A DNA stretch of 61,760 bases, the filler included, from Xylographa opegraphella (taxonomy: Eukaryota): the NCBI GenBank assembly GCA_022813865.1. It is 4 parts of 4 records of this genome, joined end to end, with 100 filler letters (N's around TTAATTAATTAA, not from the genome) between each part and the next. Parts side by side here need not be neighbours in the genome. Positions count along the whole stretch, not along the records: positions 31,002 to 46,335 come from JALDZX010000152.1; positions 46,436 to 61,760 come from JALDZX010000153.1; 2 more parts are not named here. One strand, written 5' to 3'. This document shows, one piece after another, positions 38,914-51,261 of the stretch (the stretch's first letter is position 1; each line of letters begins with the position of its first letter). Position numbers and translations under genes: made by a program. The notes under the pieces were generated by a model. It saw only the letters and a list, made by a program, of their open reading frames with translations. It searched no databases and was not told where the DNA came from.

Positions 38914-41387
38914 TCAATCATCATCAAATATCTGGTATGTATTTTGAAGTATTGTGTCAATGACACGCACTTGCCATCCAGCATCTGCAATACTCCCGGT
39001 GTTGTTTGTTCCCATCAGCGTGGGCCTGCGGGACTCGTTAGTAAGATCATTCCAAATCGTTGCATGAGATATACCCGAAGCAAATTGCTAGATTACCGGC
39101 ATTCATACGGTTCGCAGCAGAGTGTTCTTGAACCCGATGAAGATGCTGACAGGCAATCAGCATCATACAGCCAATATCCTTAAAGCCATGGGAAGCGCAG
39201 GTCAACCTACCAGTGTCAAAGCTCGAAGAGTCGCATAATTGGGATCGGGTAGGTTGTTGATGGTGGCGTGGAGGGAATCTCGGCGTGCGATGTCATCGTC
39301 GATACCTAGGGCATCTTCGGCATTAGAATTATTGTAGAAACATCAGCCAAGGGGAACCAACGTGCAGCGTCAATAAATCCTTGGTAATGTTCTCGAGTGA
39401 GAAGTGGGTCAGGCAGATCTCGCAAGAACTGCTTCAGTAAGCCGGCCACACTATTGACATCGTGGAAGAAGTTTTCGGGGTTCCTGAAGTCGACCTGGGA
39501 AGCATCTGGCAGGATTTAGCAATAGCAAGACACTCTCGTTTGGCTCCATCCAGTTACCGTTATCAAACACCGTACGAAGTTTGCCAATGTGTGAGGCTGT
39601 TCCCGAGAGCCGGTATATTCCTTCTACTTCAAGACCAAACAGGTCCACCGCCTGTAAACATTGATAGACGACCATCGGTACTGCTGAAATGTCACGATTG
39701 AAGAGATCTTCAAGGGAGACTCCAAATACAGGTCTGAGAGGAGGCATTTCCGCAGGATAAGTACCGTTTTGATGCATGGAATTCTGCATTAGTGACTGGG
39801 AATGAGGTAGTTGGACTACCATTGAAGGCGGATTATAAGGCGCTGAAGGAAATTGTGTTTGTGTTGGAGTGAATGGCGTATCGGGGATTTGAGGTGGCCC
39901 ACTGGTAGTGCTAGACGGGAGAGTCATATGTTTTGGAGCGTCGTGGTTGGTGACGTTGGATTCTCCAACGACTGGTACATAAGACGGCATTAGGGGCTGG
40001 TGGGGACTGGATCCTGGCATATTGGGGTTCATAATATGCAAATCTGAAGGTCCTTGGAGTGACTGAACTAAAGGCTGAATAGATATTTGCCGACTCGAAG
40101 ACAAAGGGAAAGCCTGCTGGCTCGGTTGAAGACTCTTCTTTTGATAAGTGCCAACTGCTTAATGAGATGATGATGGATTGCTTACATGATGGGGTTCATA
40201 TTGTACTTCGCCTTGTTTTTGCGGAATCCTGGGTGCGTAACTGCTCACGTAGTCTCTCAAATCCCGCTCGTTGCTGATTTCATAAACGACGTCTCTCAGG
40301 CTGCGAGTTTGAGACCCTAGGGCATTACCTTGACTCTTGAGAGGGCAAATACGAAGTCCATTGCTTAACAAGAGTTTTTCATTAAATGACGCTGCGAATC
40401 ACCTCAGTAACATGTCAAGCCAGCCGCACAACATAAGAAACTACGCACCAAATTTTTGCATCTGGAGTGTTAGGCCCGAATCACATTCATTGATAAGCTG
40501 TTGAAGAGCTTGAGCGGTTTGAGGTCTCGAAGAGCTCACAAGCTCTCGTCTCAAACCCTGCGCGGTTTGCACTTTAGAAGCATAGTCAGTATCTGCAGCC
40601 TGGACTCTGCGGTGAAGCTCCTCCTCGACCTGTGCAGCAGACTTCGGTCCCTTCAAGCCGAATCGACCAATTTGTTTGTCTCCTGTTCGAGCGCGATCGT
40701 AATCTTCTGCGAGAGAATTATATTTCGCCTTTGCCTTCTCCATGGCAGCTTCCGAATCCTGCACGCGCTTCTCGGCACTAAGCCCGGTTTGCTTCCATTG
40801 CTTTCTACCGCGTTCTTTATCAGCTGCGAGCTCTTGGAGGTCTTCGTGCATCTGATGTAAAGAAAGTGCAAATTGAATGCCGTTGTCTGCCATATTCTCA
40901 TGTATCCGCGTAATCTCGTTAAAGCAATGAGAATATGAACCTTGCCGACTCTCAGGGCGCCGTGTTGTGTCGTGAGTGGTCCTACATAGCTTTTTCAAGC
41001 CTTGCGCATGTTCCTCTTCCAAGGCGGATCTCTTCTTCAAAAATGCAGCGAAATCCTGTACGATCTTTCAGTACGGCTCGTCAACGAAAATGGTCAGCTC
41101 TGAACTTACCCGCGATGAGCCAATGCTTTGTTTCAATCGTGCAAGCAATGTGCTAAGCCCAATCTACACCTCGGGGTGAGCTAGTGGCTATTTTCAAGAG
41201 GAGGAGTTCGAGTTACGTCGGATCGCAGCACCCTGTTAAATATTGCAGAGGATTCAATAGTGGAAGATTGCGCGTCGACCCCATCTATATCAGCGGACAA
41301 CGTTGTGGCATGAGTTACAGCCCCTAAAGGTGCTCCGGATGTGCCGAATTCTGAGGAAGAACGCTCGATAGATTCTCTGCTAGCCAT
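38914..41387 (-). CDS. RGD1: F-BAR (FCH) + RhoGAP protein, Rgd1-like, multi-exon
   Basis: N-terminal coiled coil LKKRSALEEEHAQGLKKL...KAKAKYNSLAEDYDRARTGD. RhoGAP region PVFGVSLEDLF...PMVVYQCLQAVDLFGLEVEGIYRLSG, LLKQFLRDLPDPL, NRMNAGNLAICFG|PTLMG...QIFDDD*. Confidence 0.92.
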
Positions 41388-41739
41388 TGTATAGTCTTAA
41401 TCAAGTCGATATTGCTTGCGGCGGCATGTCTGTAGCTATCGTGATGCGAAATTACTTGGCATATTTGAACACGGTATAGAAATGTGGTATTCACAATATG
41501 CGCTACAGAGTACGCATGTGCAGGTTGCCTTGGTACCTTTCAGACGTGGCGCACTGAGCCCCTACAGGTTAGTGATTTTGCTTAAAAACAAATTAAAAAA
41601 GCAAATACGTCTGAGTTGTCTCAGTGCCTTATAATAGGGTGGGGGAGTGGGATAAATAATATTAATATTGTATATAAATAATTATTATTTTATAAACGTG
41701 TGATCTTTGCTTTTTAACTAAATATTAAATTACAATTGA

Positions 41740-42346
41740 AATATATCAATAAAAAAACGAAAATTCGATCAAAAAATATTTTTTACATAAAAAACAAAGT
41801 TGCAGAAATAGTATAAAATCGTTAATTTTGTATATTTTTTGTATATTTTTTGCGTATTTAACACATTTAACACGTTTAATACGTTTAGCAATTTTTTTAT
41901 TAAATTAAAAAATTAAAAAAAATTAAAATAATTCATTCGCTTTAAAAATATATTTTGTTGCAAATCAGGGCGTTAGCAGTCTGTGTTATTGGTCCTTTAC
42001 TATAGCCGATTAGGCCTAGCTTAGTGCAGAACTAGAGGAGTCTTCTGGAGCCCCGTCTCCAGAAGAACTCTTCACCTTCTTAGTGATTAAGCAATGCACT
42101 GTTACCTGCTGCCATTACCTGTGCCTAGTGATTAGTTTCAATATATTTCAAAATTATTAAAAATTGTTAAAATTAATTAAGCAAAAAAATGCTTTCGAAT
42201 TTTTTTAAAATTTCTTTAAACAGATTTTTTATCAAATTTATATAAATAATATAGATATATAATTCAATCAATTTATATAAAAAATTTAAATTCGTGAAAA
42301 ATTTCAAATTATATTAAATATTCATAAAATTACAGCGTTAATAAAT
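41740..42346 (+). repeat. Repeat family G, copy 3 (interrupted by a solo LTR)
   Basis: TGCAGAAATAGTA.AAA...TTGTATATTTTTTGTATATTTTTT is colinear with 31070-31430. Confidence 0.7.
41956..42143. mobile_element. Solo LTR (188 bp) with 5-bp TSD TATTT
   Basis: TATTT|TGTTGCAAA...TTTCAATA|TATTT; the other family-G copies show the empty site. Confidence 0.85.
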
Positions 42347-43149
42347 TGTCACGGGTTTTGAGTTTTAAAATTTAATTTAATTTATACTTTTTTTTGCTCT
42401 GTTTGCATATCTTAGCGAGTCATTATATAATAAAACCTTTTCTTTCATAATTACAATTCAACTTTTTTATATTATTATATAGTTATAAATTTTGTAGTCA
42501 GGCGCTCATTTTACAAATAATAATACTAATATTATTTAATTATTTAAAATATTAAAAACAGCTCGTTTATTTCATTAATTAAAAAATTAACCATTCGACG
42601 AGTTATTATTTTTATGAATTAAATTTAGTATTATTTCGCAAAATCTGTAATTATTTTTTATTTGTTTCATTTTATACATATAAAAATACTTTTAAATTAA
42701 CATATTATTATCTTTAGACTGTATATTCAAAAAAGTTCATCGTTATAAATAACGTAGTTTTTTACTTTTTTCGAAAATACCCTTAATCTGTAGTATTAAA
42801 AATATTTTTAATAAAATTTCTGTATTTATCGTAGTTTTTTAATCGAAAACGCTATAATAATTCGAACCTGCTTTCGTTTCGAAATTTTTATTGAAATCCA
42901 TTATTAATTCGTTCAATACGTTTTTATATTTTTTGAAAATCTCGTTAGGCAGATCACGATTAGCAACGTTAAATTTATTAATTTTTAATTTAATTATTTT
43001 AAATTAATTAATTTTATCGGCCCACCTCAAGTAACACGGACAAAAATTTTAAAAATTTTAATTTAAAATTAAAATTAAGTAATTAATAAAATAACTTTTA
43101 AATTCGATGTAAAAAAATCTATCGAAGTCGTTTTATATTTATTATCAAC
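42347..43149 (+). repeat. ~800-bp RIPped segment duplicated at 48245-49019
   Basis: Both copies start T(G/A)TCACGGGTTTT and run colinearly to GTTTTATATTTATTATCAA; the differences are mostly transitions. Confidence 0.8.
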
Positions 43150-44329
43150 ACTTTTATAGAAAATAAATATCAAAAAAGGTTTTATTATAAATTTTTATTT
43201 CTTTACGAATTCCGTTATTTTTATTAATAATCGATTCTAAACTCATAACGAAAAATAATTTAAGACATTAAACGTGTTCGAATTTTTCAATGCTTTAAAA
43301 AATTTAAAAATATAAAATATAAACGATAACAGTTATTAAGGCACTAAATCTAATAGGGCCTAATGGGAAAATCTTTAAAAATTAATAATATAATATTCAT
43401 AGATTCTTTTTTTAATAAAATATTTTAACCCCTTTAATTCGTTTGATTTAATTGATTAAAACGGTTAAAATAATAAAAACGGAGGTAAAATTACTAAAAA
43501 TAAATAAATCTTGATTTAATTTACCTAAATATAATAATAAATTAAAGCGAAAAAATATTATTAATAAAGATTTAAAGAATTACTATAAAAATATTTATAA
43601 TTTTATAAATCGATTACGTATCGTAGTAAGCATTAGAAATACTGTAAAAATATAATAAAATTTTAATACATGTTTTTATAGCGAGGTCGAATTATAATAA
43701 AATAATTCAATTAACGAAATTATAAAATTAATTTTAATACTTCATTTAAATAGCGTTAAAAAATTTACAAAATTTTTAAACGACGTTTTCGATCGTTATC
43801 GAGCGAAATTTTTAATAAATACATTAATACGCGTTATAGTATAAAAAATACACGAAATCGCTGCAGTCTTGTAAAATATATTAATATATTTATTACTACT
43901 ACGAAAGAATATAATTAAAGCAAAAATAATTTAAACTCGTAATTCTGTCAAGAACCGCCAAGTACCATGACAGGGTAAAACCCTTATGAAGGGCTCGAGG
44001 GATAATATAGCCGCGCCAAGAGATTTTAAATCGTTTAAATTATTTATAAAAAATTTAAACACTTTGAAGGCCTTGAACTATGGTAATTAAATGATTATAT
44101 AAATATAGCAGAAATTTTAAAGACTCTGATTATATTTAATTTACATATCGAAGGCAATAGCTAATTTTAAATGAATAACCCTTTCACTTTTACCTTTTTA
44201 AAACATCTTTGATCGCTGCTACTGTTCTGCCCCCTGTTTAAAGAAACATTTATCGTTACACTTTAAACATTATTTTAGCAGAACATGTAAAACGATTAGG
44301 ATAAAATATTTGTTTTAAAATTCGTTAAA

Positions 44330-45140
44330 TCTAAACGGTCGCAAATTCGACAGGTCAAGGAAAAGACTATTACATTCAAAAAGTTCGACGATTATTATAA
44401 AAAATGTAACAAATTGAAGACGTTTTTTTAACAGATTAATGCGTACGTATAACATAATCAAAATTAATTTTAAACAGAAAACGAAGCAATATTCGCAGTA
44501 AAATTTTATAAAGGTAAAGTTTTTGATTATATTGATTATATCTATCTGATTTCCTTAATAAACAAAAAGCAAATCAGAAAATCACTACAAGAAGAATTTT
44601 TAATGATTAAAATAAATTTAAAAAAACGCATTCGAAAACTTAAACCTTGAAATTACCTTAAAAAGAATTATTTGTATTAATTCAAAGGAGTTTTGTATTA
44701 AAATGCGTCTTTAAATTCCAGAGTATTATTATTAATATTAGTTAGGACGAAATCGCCCAGATTAAATAATTTTATAAAGGACTTAAGGATAACATCAAGA
44801 ATAATATATTTAAGGGAAATAACCAGAAATATTTAGAAAAATGATAATAAAAACTATAATAATTGACAATTAACAGTATAAACGACGTATAAAAAAACAG
44901 GCCATCGTGCGTTTATTATTCTGAATAAAGAACGAAAAAACTACGAGTTTAATAAAAAACTTTATTACTCGCAAGACTTCAAGCTCGACAGCTATAAATT
45001 TCAAAAAATAGAATTAAATATAACAACGGGACGCCCGGGGCAGTTCCGAAAAAAGGGGTACGAATCAATGAGAAGGTTTAGTCAAAGAAAAGAAGTATTA
45101 TAATTACGATAAAGAAGGACACTTCGCTAGGGATTATTGT
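44330..45140 (+). mobile_element. Partly RIPped Ty3/Gypsy gag with zinc knuckle
   Basis: 45096-45137 translates YYNYDKEGHFARDY, i.e. CYNCDKEGHFARDC after TGY>TAY changes. Upstream KLKTFF*QINAYV resembles a gag capsid region. Confidence 0.7.
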
Positions 45141-45424
45141 GAATAAAAGAAAATTATCGCCAACATTATTAAAAAAAAGGATAGAAAAACGATACTTTAC
45201 GCAAATATAAATTCGTAATAATATTGACAAGTTACAGTGGACTTTCGTGAACAGTATATTATAAAAACAATTGTATTACTTATTTAAGCGATAAAAACGG
45301 CTTAGGATGATTTTAATTAGTATTAATAAAAAGGGGCAGGCTGCAAGCGACAGGCCGAGGAATTAAAACTCTTATAAAGCAATATCTGATCGAGGTTAGC
45401 CAAGACGAAACCCAACGTTATGTT

Positions 45425-45645
45425 TGTTACGGCTCGCTATCTCACCAGAAAAGCAGGCCTAGAACCACAGCTATAGGTGAGCGATTTCAACCTAGAATAA
45501 TATAAGGAAGCAAGTTTAGTAATACACGTAGAAGTTAAGATAAACAGTGCTGACGCCAAGACTCCTAACCGCTTTCGAACTAGCCTGAGTCCCGGACGCG
45601 CTTTAGTCCCGTTCCGTCTATCACTTGTTAAGGTGCCATGTAACA
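45425..45645. mobile_element. Solo LTR (~221 bp)
   Basis: TGTTAC...GTAACA inverted termini, GC-normal; no TSD found. Confidence 0.6.
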
Positions 45646-45659
45646 CGCCGTTACAACGC

Positions 45660-46000
45660 GATTATTTTTTTCCATAGTAATTTTTTGTTTATTTTTATAA
45701 TATTTAGGAATAAATTTGATCTTATTTTTAATATATTTATTTATAAAATATTTAAAATATTACGATTTTGAATTTTACTGATATAGTTTAATCAAGAATT
45801 CAAATTGAATTCGTTAATAAATAAATAAAAATATATAATAATAAATTTATTGTTTTTAAAGGAACAATAATTTTTATATAAAATTATGTTAAATTTTCTT
45901 ATTGTATAAGCTAAATTATGATATAAATTAAATACTTCTTTTAGAACAGAGGGAATTCTTCGTTTTATATAGAAATCTTATTTTATAATGTTTTTTATAC
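45660..46000 (+). repeat. RIP-degraded LTR family B relic
   Basis: Colinear with 3410-3730. Confidence 0.6.
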
Positions 46001-46273
46001 CTTCATCGAAGGCAATCAAAATTAAAAATATATATTTTATACCTTCGCCGAAGGCAGAGAATGTACTCGAAATAAAATTCTTTCGATTTTATTTTATACA
46101 GTATTGATCAGAACTTTATCATAAATTTTTATTGATTAATATTATTATTCGTACGATAAAAAATGAAAAGAAATAAATTTATTTATTGCTGTAAAAATTC
46201 TGCTATTTTATTATTTTATATAAATGTATGAAAAAGAGAAAGAAATTTCAAAAGCTTCAGAAAAAAACGCCTT

Positions 46274-46335
46274 TGTTGAAAGGTACGATGGGTACTGAAG
46301 CGCAGTGGTCATTCTAGCAGAATATATGGGTAAAC
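46274..46335 (+). mobile_element. LTR family F 5' part
   Basis: TGTTGAAAGGTACG start; exact reverse complement of 9388-9449. Confidence 0.75.
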
Positions 46336-46435
46336 NNNNNNNNNNNNNNNNNNNNNNNNNNNNNNNNNNNNNNNNNNNNTTAATTAATTAANNNNNNNNN
46401 NNNNNNNNNNNNNNNNNNNNNNNNNNNNNNNNNNN
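46336..46435. other. Artificial scaffold gap with TTAATTAATTAA linker
   Basis: N44-TTAATTAATTAA-N44. Confidence 0.95.
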
Positions 46436-46470
46436 AAATAAAAATAAAAATAAAAATAAAAATAAAAATA

Positions 46471-46500
<30 letters not shown>
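46436..46500. repeat. (AAAAAT)n microsatellite
   Basis: Seen directly. Confidence 0.95.
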
Positions 46501-46501
<1 letters not shown>

Positions 46502-46899
46502 ATACGTTCAACGAAAAGTAAATAATATATAAACGCGAAAAAGTAGAAAAATACGTTTAAAGAAATATTTTAAATATTAATATTATTTTACTAGATAAAT
46601 AATTTTCTTAAAAATAAAAACGTTTAATAATCAACGAGCGTAATTACCGATTAAAAATAAGATTTATAAACATTATAATTTTATTCAATACTACGTTAAT
46701 AATCGTAATATAATTTTAAATAATTTTACTGCGAGAAACGTTTCGCCGCGAAAATAAAAATATTATAAAAAATATGTTTTTAATTTTAAATAACTTATAT
46801 TCAACGATTTTAATTAATTCGTATTAATAGCAAGTTTTATTTTACGTATATAAATTAATATATAAATTCTAAAGTTTTTAAATTTGGTAGCTTTTTTAA

Positions 46900-48240
46900 T
46901 ATTAAAAATAAATTAATAAATTTTGAAATCGAAATTTATAAATAATAATTATTTTATTATTATAAAACTTAATGCAATCAAATACGAATGATTTTTTGAA
47001 ATAATAATTTTATTATAATACGATATGATTTTCGAGCTATCGTAATTTATAAAAAATAGTTCAGATGTCGATTAAAAAATTTAAGTATTTTATTACGAAA
47101 ATTCTTTTATCGATATTATTTATAAACGTAAATATCGTATTACGTACTTTAAAATTCAACGATACAATAATAATAATTTAAATCATAAAATTAAATATTA
47201 AATCACTCGTATGTTTTAAAGAATATATAATTTTTGTAAATATTTTTAACGAATTTAAAATGATTATATTATTTAAATATCGCTTTGAAATTAATTATAG
47301 ATTCAATTTTTTATTAAATAGTATATTTTTCGAGTTTTTATATAATTTCTCTTAAATTAAAAATTAAAAAATTAAAAATTTTATATGGATGCGAATTTTG
47401 CATTGAAATTTTATTAAAAGATTAATAAATTTAATAAACGCGTCGATTCTTTTCGTAAAAAAATAATTTATTAAAATTATATATCGGTTATCGTAATTTG
47501 AATATAATTATAATAAAAAACAAATACTCTTTTTATTGATTTTTAAATTAAATAAATTAATTATCGAAATTTCGGCGATTTATAAATTTAAACTTAATTG
47601 CGATATTTAATTTGATTTAAAATTAATATAATTAAAAATCAATAAAAACGTCTCGAACGCGATATAAAATTTTCGAATATTATATTATTATTTTTGGTTT
47701 TTTACAATACTTTAAAAATATTTTAATTATATAATAATGCTATATTACGCTTGGTAATCGATGAAACGACGATTATATATTTTAATGATATTTTAATATT
47801 TTTAAACGACTTTAAAAATTATATAAAAAATATAACGTATTAAGTATTAAGCAATGAAAAATTTATTAATTATTTATTGAATTATTTAAAATTCTTAAAC
47901 GTATTGTTATAGCTACAGGTCGCAGGTTTTTGCTGTCGATTCCAGCTGTAAATTTCTGCTGCAACTGCAGTTGCCCTGATTGCTTATTAAAGCTTCTGTC
48001 ACATATGATACATGTATATAAATAAAGCTTTCGACTCTGCGAATCATTATCTTTTATTATTTGTATAATTGCCGGTTTTAAGCAGTGCTTATGACACGTA
48101 TCGAACGTTTAACGTTTAAATTAAATTTTTTAAAAAATTTAAAAATATAAACGATAATATCAGTCGTTTACTTAAAATCGATAACAGTTTTTGAATAAAA
48201 ATTATATAATAAAATAAAAATTAATTAATTATTATTCGTA
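46900..48240 (+). mobile_element. RIP-degraded Ty3/Gypsy reverse transcriptase
   Basis: Translates ASILFVKK, LYIGYRNLNIIIIKNKY (~47440-47530) and IIYFNDILIF (~47772). Confidence 0.7.
47905..48096. mobile_element. Solo LTR (192 bp) with 5-bp TSD CGTAT
   Basis: CGTAT|TGTTATAG...CTTATGACA|CGTAT. Confidence 0.85.
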
Positions 48241-48244
48241 TCAA

Positions 48245-49019
48245 TATCACGGGTTTTAGGTTTTGAACTTTAATTTAATTTATATTTCTCTCTTTTTGCT
48301 CTATTTATATATTATAACGAGTTACTATATAATTAAACTTTTATTTCATAGTTACAATTCAGATTTTTCTTACCATTATAGATCACAGATGTTATAGTCA
48401 AGCGTTCACCTCATAAGTAATAATATCGTCGATGTTATTCAATTATTCAAAACATCAGAAATAACTGATTTATTTTATTAATTAAGAAATTTAGTTTTTC
48501 AGCGAGTTATTATTTTTATATATCGAATTCAGTACTATTTTCGTAAAGAATTTTCAATTTTTTTTCCAATTTTTCCTCACCTTATAAATATTAAAACATT
48601 TGTCATTTTTTCATAAATAATGTATTTTTCTTATTTTTTTCGAAAAAATCCCCTTAATTTGCACTATTAAAAACATTTTAATAGGATTTTTTACATTTAT
48701 CGTGGCTTTCCCGATGGAAAACGTCGTAATAATTCAAATTTACTTTCGTTTCGAAGCTTTTATTGAAATCGATTATTAATTCGTTCGATACGTTTTATTA
48801 TTTCTCAAAGATTTCGTCAGGCAGGTCACGATTAACAACGTTAAGTTTATTAATTTTTAATTTTATCGTTTCAAGTCAATTAATTTTAATCGGCTCAGCT
48901 CAGGCAACACGAACAAGATTTTTAAAAATTAATTTAAAATCAAAATTAATCAATTAATGAAATAGCTTTTAAATTCGACGTAAAAAAATTTATCGAAATC
49001 GTTTTATATTTATTATCAA
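48245..49019 (+). repeat. Second copy of 42347-43149
   Basis: Colinear; truncated by the family C solo LTR. Confidence 0.8.
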
Positions 49020-49202
49020 TGTGACGATTATAACATTAATCACAAGTAATAAAAGTCGGGCTGGATCAGGACTAGCACCTTGAGTATATAGTTTTGCCCA
49101 TGAAGCAGTTTCATCGCTTCTCCATTTTAATCTAGGTTGAAATCGTCCACTTAAAATTTACGTTTTAAACGTGCTTGTGTGGTGAGTTAATGAGTCGTCA
49201 CA
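49020..49202 (+). mobile_element. Solo LTR family C (183 bp)
   Basis: TGTGACGA...TCGTCACA perfect 8-bp inverted termini; flanks ATCAA/ATTAA (possible TSD with one C>T). Confidence 0.8.
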
Positions 49203-49216
49203 ATTAATAATATAGG

Positions 49217-49407
49217 TATTAAAAGGCACGTGTATTTGGATCAGGGCGGGGGCAACAGTAATCGTATATTCGGTGAAGTTCGGTATAGGCCACGAGAACG
49301 TGACATATACCTCCTACGCTAGTACTGAACTACGCTATACATAAATAGAACTAGCCTTCAGGTATTCCTTTATGCCTACCAGCAAGTGATGCTTCTACCA
49401 ATTAACA
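49217..49407 (+). mobile_element. Solo LTR family E (~191 bp)
   Basis: Start is identical to 15358-15416; ends ...ATTAACA; no TSD. Confidence 0.65.
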
Positions 49408-51092
49408 CGTTATATTATTTAAAATTCATTCGTTCGAGATTTTAAATATAATATTTATATTAATTATAAATTATTTATTTAAAATGACAAAAGTTTTATA
49501 ATGTTTTGAAATAATATTTTAGTTTGACTTTAATTTTTAGTAAAAATAATATATAATTCTTTTAAACGGAATTTGAGAAAAGCGTTATTAATATTTATTT
49601 AATTATATTTTATATTTATTATAATAATTGACGCGAGAAAAAGGCAAAGCGTATTATATTTTTATAATTTACGTCGTATTTTTTGAGAAAGCTATTCTTT
49701 TACTACGATACGAGTTTTAAATTTATTTAATAAATTATTAATATAAACTTTTAATTTAAATATTTATAATAGTATTAACGCTTTTCAATAAAAGTATTTT
49801 TTTAAATTTTTAGTAAATACAAGGGCGATAATTTTCGTATTTATAACTCTTTTTAACTTTCTTTTATTTTGAATTGTTAATCGCATTTTTATATATTAAC
49901 GAAATAAAAAATGATATTAAATTTTATAATCAATTTATCGTTTTCATTATTTTTCGCTAAAACCGTTAGTGGTATCATATTATTAATTTCTTTTCAATTT
50001 CCAATAATAAATGTTTTAAATTAATTTGAAATGTTTTTATTATTTTTGAATTTGAATTAATAAAATCTATTTCGTCGAATTTCATTTTAAAATTAAAAAA
50101 CAATTTTTTAATAATTAATTTTATTTAAATTAAAACGAAGAAAAGTTACAATAATTAAATATTATCGAAATCTGCCTTACTAAATTCCTTTTAAATAATC
50201 AAATAAAAAGATTTCGACGATTAATAATGTATTTTATAAATTTCACTTAATCGGGTTATTTTATTTAATAATTATTATATATAAAAAGATTAAATTATTA
50301 ATAAAAAATTTCAATAAATAAACAAAATTAGTCGATAAACTTTTAGACGTAATTAATTGCTTAAATTTTTAATAAATTTTAGAACTCTTTTCGAGGTTTT
50401 TTAACGAGTAATTTTAATTAATATAATATTTATATTATTCAAAAATACTATATAAAACGGTTTTATAGAATTTTTAATAAATAAAATATTTATAATTTAT
50501 TTTAAAAATTTAAAATTAATCGACTCTTCGAGTAAATTTTTTTCGAATTTTATCACGTAATTTTTAATAACGCGTTTAAAATTTAATATTTATAAAAGTT
50601 ATTGTTTACTAATTTTACTAACGTATTTTATACAAATCTCTGTACGATCGCGCGATAAAAATTTAATTTCTTCCAAAATAAATGATTTCAAATCGATATG
50701 AAAATAATAATTATATTTTTCAACTTCAATATATTTAATATTGAAAGTAATGTTTATTTCAATTTTTTTAAACGATATTAATTTTTCGTTAATTATAGAA
50801 TTAATATCGATTTAATTTTTTAAATAAATATTAATTAATTCGATTTTTATCTAAAATTCAACGAAAAATATTATATTTTTTAAATATTGCGGTGGAGTTC
50901 AACGATTATTTAAATCGATGGAGAGCGCTTCGTAACTTTTTTAAATAAATCAATCAATCATTTTTCGTTCTTATTATAAAATATTACTGCGAAATATATA
51001 TAATTCCATCACAATATAATTTGTATTAAATTTTTCGAAATGTATACTAATCGTTTAATAACGTTATTTTATATTAATTTATAAAATATTAT

Positions 51093-51261
51093 TGTTGGAA
51101 TAAAAGTTTACAAGCTCGAGTCCCCGAGGGGCGCCTTTGAGAGGGGCCCCCGGGGCGAGTATTACTACTTGGCAATAAAAAGTTCTGGAAGATGGGCGAA
51201 AGCCCTACGGGATTATTTATTTATTTTTAATTTTTTTCGAACCTTTTAAATATTATCAACA
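51093..51261. other. GC-rich hairpin island, possibly a short LTR
   Basis: Outer ends TGTTGG...TCAACA; long GC stem at 51115-51159 and GGGC-GAAA-GCCC hairpin at 51194-51205. Confidence 0.4.

Noticed and set aside
33173..41634. Antisense or alternative-frame ORFs overlapping Med12 and Rgd1
   Set aside because: Shadow ORFs of the real spliced genes; no independent motifs.
51185..51212. Hammerhead ribozyme call
   Set aside because: The core is not CUGANGA, and the conserved GAAA after stem II is missing. Kept only as a structured-island finding.
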